Source: Gemmatimonadota bacterium
GTDB lineage: Bacteria; Gemmatimonadota; Gemmatimonadetes; Gemmatimonadales; GWC2-71-9
DNA length: 64,000 bases
Direction: 5' to 3'
Assembly: GCA_039586815.1 (NCBI GenBank)
Contig: JBDHJR010000015.1
Span: 2,367 to 66,366 of the forward strand
The notes under the pieces were generated by a model. It did not search any database. It saw nothing but the letters and a program-made list of their open reading frames with translations, and was not told where the DNA came from. Positions 44,779 to 54,173 of the stretch are shown piece by piece. How positions within the stretch are numbered: position 1 is the stretch's first letter; each line of letters opens with the position of its first letter. A program made the position numbers and the translations under genes.

Positions 44779-45579
44779 GTGCTGGTAGATGCGCTCGTCT
44801 CCGCCCTGCGACCAGTCCGGTTTCGCGGCAAGGGCAGGCTCCTCAGCCCGCTCGTACCGCATGCGGGCGAGCGCACCGCAGCGGTGTTCGGCGCACGCAT
44901 CGACCTCGACCTGCGCGACCTGGTGCAGCGCGAGATCTACCTCGGCGTGTTCGAGCCGAAGGAGACGCGCTGGGCGCTGGACTGGCTGCGGCCGGGCATG
45001 ACGTTCGTGGACGTGGGCGCCAACGTCGGCTACTTCACGCTGCTGGCGGCACAGCGCGTTGGAGCCGAAGGCCACGTCCTGGCAGTCGAGCCGGGACCGT
45101 ACGCGTACCAGCGGCTGTGCGACACGGTGAGCCGCAATCGCCTCGACCAGGTCCGCACCCTCAAGGTGGCGCTGGGCGAGCAGCCCGGCACGCTGCCGCT
45201 GTACGTCCCGCCCGAGGCCTCGCGCAACTACTCACCCACCATGGTGCCTCACGCGTCCGGAACGGCCGTGGATACCGTCGTGCGCACGCTGGACGATTGC
45301 ATGGAGGAGTGGGGCGTGGAGCGGGTCGATCTGCTCAAGCTCGACGTGGAGGGATTCGAGCCCGCCGTGCTGCGGGGCGCGCGGCGCGCCCTGGCCGGGG
45401 GCCGCATCGGGGCGGTGTTGTGCGAGTTCAACGACTATTGGCTGCGCGAGGCAGGAACCAGCCCCACGGCACTGTACAAGACGTTGACGACCACGGGTCT
45501 CATGGACCGGGAGCCGTTCGAACCCTTCGCGCCCGGCCGCGTGGAGACACGGTTCTTCGTGCGGCGAGCCGATGCCTGA
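44779..45579 (+). CDS. FkbM-family methyltransferase
   Basis: 266 aa. FVDVGANVGYFTLLAA SAM-binding motif and ...LLKLDVEGFE. Confidence 0.82.
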   Translation: MLVDALVSALRPVRFRGKGRLLSPLVPHAGERTAAVFGARIDLDLRDLVQREIYLGVFEPKETRWALDWLRPGMTFVDVGANVGYFTLLAAQRVGAEGHVLAVEPGPYAYQRLCDTVSRNRLDQVRTLKVALGEQPGTLPLYVPPEASRNYSPTMVPHASGTAVDTVVRTLDDCMEEWGVERVDLLKLDVEGFEPAVLRGARRALAGGRIGAVLCEFNDYWLREAGTSPTALYKTLTTTGLMDREPFEPFAPGRVETRFFVRRADA

Positions 45580-46414
45580 GCCGCGCGCCTGGCTGCTGGC
45601 AACCGTCTGTGCCGCGGCGCTGACGGCGAGCACGGTACCTGCCCATGCCCAGGCCTGCCCGCAGGCCAAACTGAAGCGCTCCCTCACCATCGCGGGCGGC
45701 TACGTGGTGCTCCAGACCACCGTCATCGCGCTCCGCAGAGACGACTGGTGGTCGGACTCCACCCAGAGCTTCCACTTCACCTGGCAGGGGAGCCCTTCTC
45801 TGGGTCAGGACCGCTGGCTGCACGCGTACCTGTCGTACCAGACGTCGCAGCTCGCCGCACTCGCCTGGGACTGGGCCTGCTTCGACTACGTCGCAGCCGG
45901 GTGGCTCGGCGCGGCGGTGGGTGTGGCAATCTCCCTACCCAAGGAGATCGGGGACGGCTTCCACAGTGACGGCTTCGACGTGCCTGACTTCGTGGTGGGT
46001 GTGGCCGGCGCCGTGATGCCCGCCATGCACCGCACCTATCCACCGAGCCGCGCGCTGCTGCTCAAGTTCAACTACTGGCCCTCCGAGGAGTTCAAGAACC
46101 GCAGCGATACCCAGCCTCAGTTGGAGAGTGACTACGCGGGCATGCGCTTCTTCCTGGCACTCAACCCGGGGCGCGTACCGGGAGGAGCGGGATGGTGGCC
46201 CGATTGGCTGGGCGTGGCTTGGGGGCACAGCGTGGACCACTGGATCTCGGCGCCGCCCAATCACCAGTGGTACTTCACGACCGACCTGAACTTCCGGGGC
46301 ATCCCCATCAGGGCGAAGTGGTGGCACACGGTGGCCACGGTGCTGGACCAGTTCCACGTGCCGCTTCCGGGGATCAAAGTCCAACAGGGCGAGGTCAGCT
46401 TCGGGCTGTTCTGA
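45572..46414 (+). CDS. Secreted hypothetical protein (signal peptide; Trp/aromatic-rich)
   Basis: Signal MPEPRAWLLATVCAAALTASTVPAHA. 8-nt overlap with the FkbM gene. Possibly DUF2279-like, but not confidently recognised. Confidence 0.55.
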   Translation: MPEPRAWLLATVCAAALTASTVPAHAQACPQAKLKRSLTIAGGYVVLQTTVIALRRDDWWSDSTQSFHFTWQGSPSLGQDRWLHAYLSYQTSQLAALAWDWACFDYVAAGWLGAAVGVAISLPKEIGDGFHSDGFDVPDFVVGVAGAVMPAMHRTYPPSRALLLKFNYWPSEEFKNRSDTQPQLESDYAGMRFFLALNPGRVPGGAGWWPDWLGVAWGHSVDHWISAPPNHQWYFTTDLNFRGIPIRAKWWHTVATVLDQFHVPLPGIKVQQGEVSFGLF

Positions 46415-47531
46415 CGACCTCCTCGCACAGCTCCAGATGCGCATCCACCATTCCGTCGATGGTGAAACGCTGCTCTACCCTGCTTCGTGCGGCCGCGCCC
46501 ATGCGCGCCCGCAGGTCGGCGTCAGCGTGCAGCCGCTGCATGGCGGCGCGCAGTGCCTCGGCGTCGCCCGGCGGCACCATCAGACCGGTGACCTCCGGCT
46601 CGCTCACCTCGCGCACCCCGGTGGTGAGCGACGTCGTGATCACGGGCAGGGCACACGCCATGGCCTCCACGGTGGATATGCCGAACATCTCTGCGGGGCT
46701 GGTACTCGGCAGCACGAAGTAGTCGGCCGACTGGAAGTACCCTGGCAGCTCCTTGTCGCTCACACCCCCGGCCCAGACCACCTGGCCACCCAGCTGAAGC
46801 CGCACGATCTCCTGGGCCAGCCAATCCCTCAGCGGGCCGTTACCCACCAGCACCGCGTTGAGATCGGTGCCCCTAATGGCACGCAGCAGCACGTCGAGCC
46901 CCTTGTAGGAGACCAGGCGCCCCACGAACAGCGCCACCGCTCCCTTCGCAGGCGGCGGGAAGCTCTCCGGCCGCGGCGGATGGGCACGCGGGGCGAAGCG
47001 CTTCTCGTCTACCCCGAACGGGATCACGTGCGCCTTGGCGCGGCCCGTCTTACCCACGTCCCTGGCGTGATCCAGGTTCGACCTCGCCGCCACCACGACG
47101 GCCTCGGCCCGGCGGGCCACGCTGCGCGCCAGTGGCCGGTAGGCCATGGCCGCCGCACGCTGCCGCTGCACGTCGGAGTGGTGCAGCACGATGGTGGGAC
47201 GCCTGGGCCCAATAAGCGCAGACAGGTCGGCCAGGGGGTGAGGCCGGTGCACGTACACCACGTCGGCGGGCCAGCGCGACGCGGCGAGGTAGCCGGGGGC
47301 GACGGGCTGGGACCAATAGACTCCATACGTGGGAAGCCGGATGACCGTCACGCCGAAGCGTGGCGGCTCGGAGACCCGTTTTCCGGGATCCCGCATCCAG
47401 CTCGAGCCGGTGGCGGCCACCACGCGCACATCGTGCCCCCGTGCCGCGGCACCGCGCGCCAGCTGCGCCACCACGTGCTCCAGCCCTCCGGGATCGGGGG
47501 GATAGAACTTGCTGAGGTGCAGGATCTTCAC
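46395..47531 (-). CDS. GT4-family (GT-B) glycosyltransferase
   Basis: VKILHLSKFYPPDPGG N-terminus, FVGRLVSYKGLDVL, and the EX7E region FVLPSTSPAEMFGISTVEAMACALPVI. GTG 47531 forms a GTGA overlap with the upstream stop. Confidence 0.9.
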   Translation of the reverse strand: MKILHLSKFYPPDPGGLEHVVAQLARGAAARGHDVRVVAATGSSWMRDPGKRVSEPPRFGVTVIRLPTYGVYWSQPVAPGYLAASRWPADVVYVHRPHPLADLSALIGPRRPTIVLHHSDVQRQRAAAMAYRPLARSVARRAEAVVVAARSNLDHARDVGKTGRAKAHVIPFGVDEKRFAPRAHPPRPESFPPPAKGAVALFVGRLVSYKGLDVLLRAIRGTDLNAVLVGNGPLRDWLAQEIVRLQLGGQVVWAGGVSDKELPGYFQSADYFVLPSTSPAEMFGISTVEAMACALPVITTSLTTGVREVSEPEVTGLMVPPGDAEALRAAMQRLHADADLRARMGAAARSRVEQRFTIDGMVDAHLELCEEVVRTARS

Positions 47532-49069
47532 GGCGTCGGCGTGACGGGAGGCTCGATCCGCTTGGCGGCTTGCGAGAGGGTTGGCTGCACCAGCTCGAGC
47601 AGCAGGTTGAGGTCGAGCAGCAGCGAGCGGCGACCGAGGCGGCGCCTGAGATGCACCTCGCCGATCCACCCCTTTCCCTCGAACGGGCAGACCACTTCCC
47701 ACTCGTCGGGGCTCCGCTCGGGCCAGTGCTCCACGAACTCGCCTTCCTGCAGGTGCCACACCTTCGCCTTGCCGCGACGCTCACCCGCCGGCGCGACCAG
47801 CAGCAGCACCTCGTCGAATTCCGTGGCCCGCGGCAACAGCGCGATGCCGCGCTTGATGTCGTCCAGGGTTTCGGCGTGCTGCAGCCGCTCGGCCGCGCGG
47901 CGCAACTCCACGTTGGCGGCGATCGCCCTAGGCTGCAGCGCTCCGCGGCGCGCCAGCCGCGCAAGTTCGTTAAGCTCGTGCAAGTGGAGGTAGCGGGCTG
48001 TGATCCACACGCCGGCCCCGATGATCAGCAGCGCCACCGCGAACGACCGCTCACCGGGATTGATGAAGATCATCGCCACCAGCGCGAACAGCGCGCTCGC
48101 CGCGTAGATCACACCGGCCACCTGGCGCGGGGAGAGCCCGGCCCGAGCCAGACGGTGATGTACGTGCTCCTGGTCGGGCTCGAACAGCGGCCGACCTCGC
48201 ACCGAACGCCGGATGAGTGTTATCGTCGTATCGAACACCGGCACCCCAAAGGCAACCAGGGGGACGGCGATGGCGACGAGAGTGGGGCCTTTGGTAGAAC
48301 CCTCCACGGCGAGGCCGGCGAGCAGAAAGCCCGTGGCCATGCTCCCGGAGTCGCCGAGAAAGGCCTTGGCCGGCGGGAAGTTGAACGGCAGAAACCCGAG
48401 CAGCGCCCCCGCCAGCGCGGCGGCCACGAGCCCGATCGCCGGGTGCCCCAGCGCTACCGACATGAGGAAGACCGCGGTGGCAGCGAAGAACGCGGAGCCG
48501 GTGGCCACCCCGTCCGCGCCGTCCAGCAGGTTGAAGGCGTTGGTGATGCCGACCAGCCACAGCACGGTGACCGCGAAGCCGAGCACCGGCCCCAGGTCGA
48601 CCGGCCCGAACGGCAAGGAGAGCAACCCTACGCGTAGACCCATCGCGTACATCACAGCCGCTACGGCGACTTGCACGGCGAACTTCGCCCATGCCGGGAC
48701 GGGCCGCATGTCGTCCACGACGCCCAGCACGAGAATGGCCAGCGTGCCGGCGAGGACGAGGCCCAGTGAGCGGCTGCTGGCGAGCAGCGTGAGCCCGGTG
48801 GGCACGAACACCACACCCACCAGAACCAGGGCCGTGAATGCTCCCAACGCGATGGCCACGCCGCCGATGCGCGGCACGGGAGGTTTGCGCGTGTCGTCCA
48901 TCGCGCCCAGCCGCTGCGCCACCGCACCGGTCAGAGGCATGAACAGCGCGCAACCCACCGCAGCCACCACGAACACCAGGAGGTACGAGCCCAAGCCGCC
49001 CACCACTCCTTCGAGGGATTCGAACGAAACACTGCCCGCGAGGGATGGGATGTCAACGGCCCAATTCAT
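47528..49069 (-). CDS. WecA/MraY-family polyprenyl-phosphate sugar-1-phosphate transferase with a C-terminal extension of about 165 aa
   Basis: 513 aa. About 10 TM helices, NAFNLLDGADG and FLGDSGSM motifs. Residues ~346-513 are soluble and unrecognised. Confidence 0.88.
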   Translation of the reverse strand: MNWAVDIPSLAGSVSFESLEGVVGGLGSYLLVFVVAAVGCALFMPLTGAVAQRLGAMDDTRKPPVPRIGGVAIALGAFTALVLVGVVFVPTGLTLLASSRSLGLVLAGTLAILVLGVVDDMRPVPAWAKFAVQVAVAAVMYAMGLRVGLLSLPFGPVDLGPVLGFAVTVLWLVGITNAFNLLDGADGVATGSAFFAATAVFLMSVALGHPAIGLVAAALAGALLGFLPFNFPPAKAFLGDSGSMATGFLLAGLAVEGSTKGPTLVAIAVPLVAFGVPVFDTTITLIRRSVRGRPLFEPDQEHVHHRLARAGLSPRQVAGVIYAASALFALVAMIFINPGERSFAVALLIIGAGVWITARYLHLHELNELARLARRGALQPRAIAANVELRRAAERLQHAETLDDIKRGIALLPRATEFDEVLLLVAPAGERRGKAKVWHLQEGEFVEHWPERSPDEWEVVCPFEGKGWIGEVHLRRRLGRRSLLLDLNLLLELVQPTLSQAAKRIEPPVTPTP

Positions 49070-49102
49070 GGGGCCGATGTACCATGGGTCCGTGAGCAGC
49101 CC

Positions 49103-50116
49103 GTGACGACAATCCGCATCGTCTCACCCGGCTTCCCCGAGAGCCCCGGCGGGGTGACGGATCACACGGCGCGGCTGCGCCGCCACTGGAAGGATGCCGG
49201 GCATGAGGTGGAGGTCCTGGGCACGCGTGACGAGGCCCCGGCGGCGGTGGCCGCGCGGTGGCGCGACGAGCAGGTTGAGGCGGTGCTGATCCAGTACGTG
49301 CCGTTCCTTTATGGCCGACGAGGCGTGTCGCGCCTCCCCGAGCGCATGGCGCGCGCGGCGCGGGAGAGCGGCATCCGCACCACCCTGTTCGTGCACGAGA
49401 CGTGGGTGCCCCCCACGCGGCTCCCCTGGCTGGTGCTGGGCCCGATCCAGCGGCGCCAGTTGCTGCGGCTGCTCGATGCGGTCGACTCCGTGGTCACCGC
49501 CGTGCCCGCCTGGGCCACATCCCTGGGGCACGGCGCGCAGGTGGTGCGAGTGGGGAGCAACCTGGGGGAGCCGCTCTCGCACCTGCCCACCCAACCACCG
49601 CATGCGGCGCCAGTCGTGTTCTCCCCGTTCGCCGCGGGGCTCGAGTGGCGCTGGATCGTGGCCGCGACCGAGGCAATCGCCGCCACCCCGTCTCTCATCG
49701 TGATCGGGGCGGACGAGGAGGAGGTCCGGGCACACCACGTCGTCGGGAAGTGGTGGCGCAAGGAGTGGGACTGTCGCGGTCACCTGCCCGCCGAGGACGT
49801 GCTGCCGCTGCTGAGCCGCGCCCCGCTGGTGCTGGCCCCGTTCGGGGACGGACTCACGGGCCGCCGAACCTCGGCCATGGCGGCAATGAGCGCGGGCGCC
49901 CAGGTCCTGTCGTCGGTGGGGCCGCTCCTCGATCCGCTGTTCGAGGACAGCCCGATTGCTCTGGCGCGCGACGAGCGCGGGTTCGTCGAGCTCGCCGGGC
50001 GGCTGTGGGCCGATCCGGAGAGCCACAGTCACCGCGACCAGCGCGTCGAGTGGCACCGCGCGCATCTCGAGCCAAGAATGCTGGACGCCCGCCTCGTGGA
50101 CATCGTCGCGTCGTGA
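49103..50116 (+). CDS. Divergent GT-B-like glycosyltransferase
   Basis: 337 aa. IRIVSPGFPESPGGVTDHTARL N-terminus and a C-terminal Rossmann-like half. No clean EX7E motif. First gene of the coupled operon. Confidence 0.5.
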   Translation: MTTIRIVSPGFPESPGGVTDHTARLRRHWKDAGHEVEVLGTRDEAPAAVAARWRDEQVEAVLIQYVPFLYGRRGVSRLPERMARAARESGIRTTLFVHETWVPPTRLPWLVLGPIQRRQLLRLLDAVDSVVTAVPAWATSLGHGAQVVRVGSNLGEPLSHLPTQPPHAAPVVFSPFAAGLEWRWIVAATEAIAATPSLIVIGADEEEVRAHHVVGKWWRKEWDCRGHLPAEDVLPLLSRAPLVLAPFGDGLTGRRTSAMAAMSAGAQVLSSVGPLLDPLFEDSPIALARDERGFVELAGRLWADPESHSHRDQRVEWHRAHLEPRMLDARLVDIVAS

Positions 50117-51291
50117 GCGCCCGGAACGTCGTCCTCGTGTTGCCCGATCCGCCGCTGCCGTTCGGCAACGCGGCTGGACGCTGGTTCTACGCGCTGCTCA
50201 GGGGGCTCACCGAGCGCGGACACCGGGTGACCACCTTCGCCGTGTGCCGCTCCGCGTTCGACCGCAGCGCCACGGAGGACATGTACCGCGGGGGAGACTA
50301 CGACCTGCGGCTCTATACTCACCCGACGCGCAGCGGGATCGCGCGCAAGCTGGAGTCGCTGCGGCGGCCCTACGGATACGTGTTCAGTCCTGAGCTCGAG
50401 CGCGATCTTGGCGAGCGGCTGGCCGAGGGTTACGACGTGTTGCACCTGGAGCAGCTGTGGACGGGGTGGACAGGATGGGAGCACGCCGAGCGGGCATTGC
50501 TCAACATCCACTACCTGTTCGAGCTGGACCTGGCGTCCGCCCCAATCAGGTCACCCAAGGACGCCGTGCTGCGGGTCGCTACGCGCAGCGCCGAGCGCAG
50601 GTTGCTGCGCCACTATCCCACCATCAGCACGCTCACCCCGCGGCTCACGGCGCGCGTCGAACAGATCGCGCCGCGCGCTACCGTGCGCACCGTGCCGCTC
50701 GGCCTCGACCTCGCCAACTACCCGTTCCACCCAGACGGCACCGTGCACGAGCGCCCCATCGTGGGCCTCATCGGTTCGTTCGACTGGTTTCCCACGCGGT
50801 CGGCGGGTGATCGCCTGATCACCCGGATTTGGCCCGAGATCCGGCGCCACGTGCCCGATGCCCGGCTCCTCCTGGTGGGACGCGACGCCCGCAGCGCGAT
50901 GGCGCGGCACCTACCGATGCGCAACGTGGAGGTGTACGAGAACGTGCCCGACATCCTGCCCTACTTCGACGCCACGGACGTGATGCTGTACACGCCCGCC
51001 AGCGGCAGCGGCATGAAGGTCAAGGTGCTGGAGGCCTTCGCCCTGGGGGTGCCGGTGGTGACGACCGGCGAGGGAGTGGAGGGCGTTCCTGCGGAGGATG
51101 GCGTGCATGCCGGCGTGGCCGACGACGATGCCGGGTTGGTCGAGCGCACGGTGCGGCTGCTGACCGATGCAGCGCACTACCGGGCCATCCGCGGCGAAGC
51201 CCGCCGCCTGGTGGAGACACACTGCGCGCCGCCCAGGAGCCTCGACCTGGTAGAGGCATGCTACGACGCAGTGGGGAGCCGCGCACCATGA
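50113..51291 (+). CDS. GT4-family glycosyltransferase
   Basis: GTG 50113 (GTGA overlap). VVLVLPDPPLPFGNAAGRW... and MLYTPASGSGMKVKVLEAFALGVPVVTT. Confidence 0.82.
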   Translation: MSARNVVLVLPDPPLPFGNAAGRWFYALLRGLTERGHRVTTFAVCRSAFDRSATEDMYRGGDYDLRLYTHPTRSGIARKLESLRRPYGYVFSPELERDLGERLAEGYDVLHLEQLWTGWTGWEHAERALLNIHYLFELDLASAPIRSPKDAVLRVATRSAERRLLRHYPTISTLTPRLTARVEQIAPRATVRTVPLGLDLANYPFHPDGTVHERPIVGLIGSFDWFPTRSAGDRLITRIWPEIRRHVPDARLLLVGRDARSAMARHLPMRNVEVYENVPDILPYFDATDVMLYTPASGSGMKVKVLEAFALGVPVVTTGEGVEGVPAEDGVHAGVADDDAGLVERTVRLLTDAAHYRAIRGEARRLVETHCAPPRSLDLVEACYDAVGSRAP

Positions 51292-52391
51292 AGGTCGGCT
51301 TCAACGCCCGCCTGCTCCACACGCCGCGGCTGCGCGGCTGGAACCGCTACACGGTGAACCTGCTGATGGCGCTGGGCGAGCTGGGGGTGGAGCTGGTGCT
51401 GTACAGCGACCAACCGCTGAGCGACGAGCACCTGCAGCGGCTCGATCCCAACACGTTCCGGGTGCGCACGTCACCACCCATGCGCACCCTGAGCTTCGAG
51501 CAGGTGTGGCTGCCGCGCGCCTGCCGCGAGGACGCCGTGGACGTGCTCCACAGTCCGTTCAACTTCGGCCTCCCGGGGTGGCGCCCCTGCCCCACCGTGC
51601 TGACCCTGCACGACGCGATCCCACAGGCGTACCGGCAGCGCTCCGGCCTCAAGACCAGCCTGTACCACAAGGTGGCGCGCTCCCGCGCGAGCCACATCAT
51701 CACTCCGAGCCAGCACTCGAAGCGTGACCTGACCCGGCTGCTGGGGATCGCCGCGGAGCGCATCAGCGTGATCCCCGAGGCGGCGGACCCGCGCTTCGCG
51801 GAGCCCGTGTCAGCCGACGATCGCCGCCGCGTGCGCGAGCGGCACGACCTGCCCGAGCGGTACGTCTTCTACGTGGGAGGCTGGGAGGAGCGCAAGAACA
51901 TTCCCTTCCTGGTGCGAGCCTTTGCGGAGGCCGGGGTGTCGGACACCGGCCTCGTGCTGGCCGGCGGCGACGCCGAGCGGCAGGATGAGCTCACGATCCT
52001 GGCGCGCTCACTGGGAGTCACCGAAGGCATGCGCTATCTGCTGGACGTTGCGGACGACGAACTGCCGGCGTTGTACGCCGAGGCACTGTGCTTCGTCTAC
52101 CCCAGCGTGTACGAGGGCTTCGGGCTGCAGCTGTGTGAGGCGATGGCCACCGGATGTCCCACACTCTCCTCCAACGCCACGAGCCTGCCCGAGGTGCTGG
52201 GCGCGGGAGGCGACACCTTCGACCCGACCGTCACCAAGGAGCTCGCCGAGTTGATCTACCGCATTGCCCGTGACAACCGTTATCGCTCCGAGCTGTCCGC
52301 ACGTGCCATGCGGCGCGGGCACGACTTCTCCTGGGGACGTACGGGGCGCGCGACCCTCACTGTCTACGAGCAAGTGATGGCGGCACCATGA
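51288..52391 (+). CDS. GT4-family glycosyltransferase
   Basis: ATGA overlap. YVFYVGGWEERKNIPFLVRAF and FVYPSVYEGFGLQLCEAMATGCPTL (EX7E). Confidence 0.9.
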   Translation: MKVGFNARLLHTPRLRGWNRYTVNLLMALGELGVELVLYSDQPLSDEHLQRLDPNTFRVRTSPPMRTLSFEQVWLPRACREDAVDVLHSPFNFGLPGWRPCPTVLTLHDAIPQAYRQRSGLKTSLYHKVARSRASHIITPSQHSKRDLTRLLGIAAERISVIPEAADPRFAEPVSADDRRRVRERHDLPERYVFYVGGWEERKNIPFLVRAFAEAGVSDTGLVLAGGDAERQDELTILARSLGVTEGMRYLLDVADDELPALYAEALCFVYPSVYEGFGLQLCEAMATGCPTLSSNATSLPEVLGAGGDTFDPTVTKELAELIYRIARDNRYRSELSARAMRRGHDFSWGRTGRATLTVYEQVMAAP

Positions 52392-53047
52392 GCCGCACCC
52401 GAGCATACCGCAATTACTGGGAGCGCAAGCGGCTGCGCTCGGGCAGCGTGCCGGACTTTCCGGTGCGCCGCTGGTGGGAGTCGGACGGGCTGAGCCAGAT
52501 CGAGCAGCTCTACTTCGATGCAGTGCGCGAGGCACCTTCGCTGCTGGACGTCGGCGCGGGTGACCTGCGAATGAAGCAGAAGCTCACCGCGGCAGGTTAC
52601 GCGGGCGAGTACCACACGCAGGACATCGGGCCGGAGTACGCTCACACGTACCGCGACCTGGCGCAGGTGGAGCGGCGCTACGGTGCGGTGCTCTGCCTCG
52701 ACGTGATCGAGCACCTCCCGCTGGAGGAAGGCCTCTCCCTACTGGAGCGCCTGGTGGAGCTGCTCGAGCCGAGCGGCACCCTGGTGATCCAGACGCCCAA
52801 CGCGCGCTGCATTCGCTCTCCCCTCGGGTGGGACATGACCCACCTGCATCTGTACAACGTCGAGGATCTCTGGGCCTACCTTACGGCTGCAGGGCTCGAG
52901 ACGCGAGGCTACCGCGTGGTGTTCGCCCCGCGGCGGCGCTCGCCGCTGGCCGCCCTGCGCTTCGCCACGGGTGCACTCGTTACCACCCGTCTGCTGGGCG
53001 CGGACTACGCCGACAACATCGCCGTGCTGGCCCGTAAGCCGGAGTAA
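52388..53047 (+). CDS. Class I SAM-dependent methyltransferase
   Basis: 219 aa. LLDVGAGDL (motif I) and VLCLDVIEHL. ATGA overlap. Confidence 0.8.
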   Translation: MSRTRAYRNYWERKRLRSGSVPDFPVRRWWESDGLSQIEQLYFDAVREAPSLLDVGAGDLRMKQKLTAAGYAGEYHTQDIGPEYAHTYRDLAQVERRYGAVLCLDVIEHLPLEEGLSLLERLVELLEPSGTLVIQTPNARCIRSPLGWDMTHLHLYNVEDLWAYLTAAGLETRGYRVVFAPRRRSPLAALRFATGALVTTRLLGADYADNIAVLARKPE

Positions 53048-53048
53048 C

Positions 53049-54173
53049 GTGCGCGCTACCGGACAGACGCACGCCGTCATCGCCGGCAGCCTGGGGAAGG
53101 GCAACCTGGGCGACGAGACTCTGTTGCAGACCTTCCTGGGGCGCCACTGGCCCGATTACGACGCGCTGAGCGTGGTGGTCGACGGTGCCCGCGCCGCACC
53201 GGGTCCCGAGGTGCAGGTCGTTCCCGTTCCCACGTTCGCACTGGGTCGCCGTTTCTGGCGCGGGTTCGCCGAGCGGCGCCGCGCCGCGCGTAGCATCGTG
53301 GAGCACGCACCGCAGGCGGCCCGCGAGCTGGTGTGGCTGGGCGGGCTGCTGGGACCGGACGAGCCGCACACGCGGCGCCGGCTGCACGAGCTGCGCTGGG
53401 CGCTCGGCTTCTGCCGGCGTCCCGTCTACTACTTCGGCGATGCTGCCGACGGCCTCGCCGAGGCACCCAGTGCCGCACCGCTCGTCAGGTTGCTGGACGA
53501 GTCCGAGGCGTTCGTGGCGGTGCGCTCCGCGGAAGCCGCCGCAGCGCTCACCGACGCCGGGCTGCGGGCGCCGATCCGCACCGGCGTGGACCCCGTGCTG
53601 TACGACCGCGCCGCCCAACGTCCCCCGCCCTTCACACGGCGGCAACCGCCTACCGAGACCGTGGTGATCGTGCCGTGCGTGTACCATCGTGCGCGCTGGC
53701 TCGAGACGTGGATCGCCGCGGCGCGCGCCGCCGTGCGCTACAGGCTCACCCTGTGCTGGGTGTCGTTCAGCGACGATGACGACCTCGCGCTGTGCCACGA
53801 GCTGGCCGACGCAGTGCGGCGGGAGCACCCCGACCACCCCCAGGAAGTGGGACCGAGCCATGTCGCCGAGGCCCACATAGCCCGGGCAGCATGCTGCGTG
53901 GCCACGCGCTACCACGCGGCGATCTTCGCCCTGACGGAGGGCGTGCCGGTGATCGGGATCGCGTACGATGTGAAGATCGCGCGGCTGCTCCGACTACTGG
54001 AGATGGATGAGTTCGTGGTGGACGATCCCGACGGCGAGGGCGGCCAGATCGCCGATCATGTGCGCCGCGCCGCAGGTGGAGCGTGGGCGCCCGACTACGC
54101 GCGTCTCAGCGGCATGCTCGCCGACCACACCCGGACGCTCGAGGCGCTCACCGGCGCGGGGGGCGCACGCTGA
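53049..54173 (+). CDS. Polysaccharide pyruvyl transferase family protein
   Basis: GSLGKGNLGDETLL N-terminus and ATRYHAAIFALTEGVPVIGIAYDVKI. GTG lies 1 nt after the previous TAA. Confidence 0.78.
   Translation: MRATGQTHAVIAGSLGKGNLGDETLLQTFLGRHWPDYDALSVVVDGARAAPGPEVQVVPVPTFALGRRFWRGFAERRRAARSIVEHAPQAARELVWLGGLLGPDEPHTRRRLHELRWALGFCRRPVYYFGDAADGLAEAPSAAPLVRLLDESEAFVAVRSAEAAAALTDAGLRAPIRTGVDPVLYDRAAQRPPPFTRRQPPTETVVIVPCVYHRARWLETWIAAARAAVRYRLTLCWVSFSDDDDLALCHELADAVRREHPDHPQEVGPSHVAEAHIARAACCVATRYHAAIFALTEGVPVIGIAYDVKIARLLRLLEMDEFVVDDPDGEGGQIADHVRRAAGGAWAPDYARLSGMLADHTRTLEALTGAGGAR

Noticed and set aside
47531-48040. PilZ (c-di-GMP-binding) assignment for the WecA C-terminal domain.
   Set aside because: An RxxxR string (RAAER) is present, but no (D/N)xSxxG motif follows at the expected distance.
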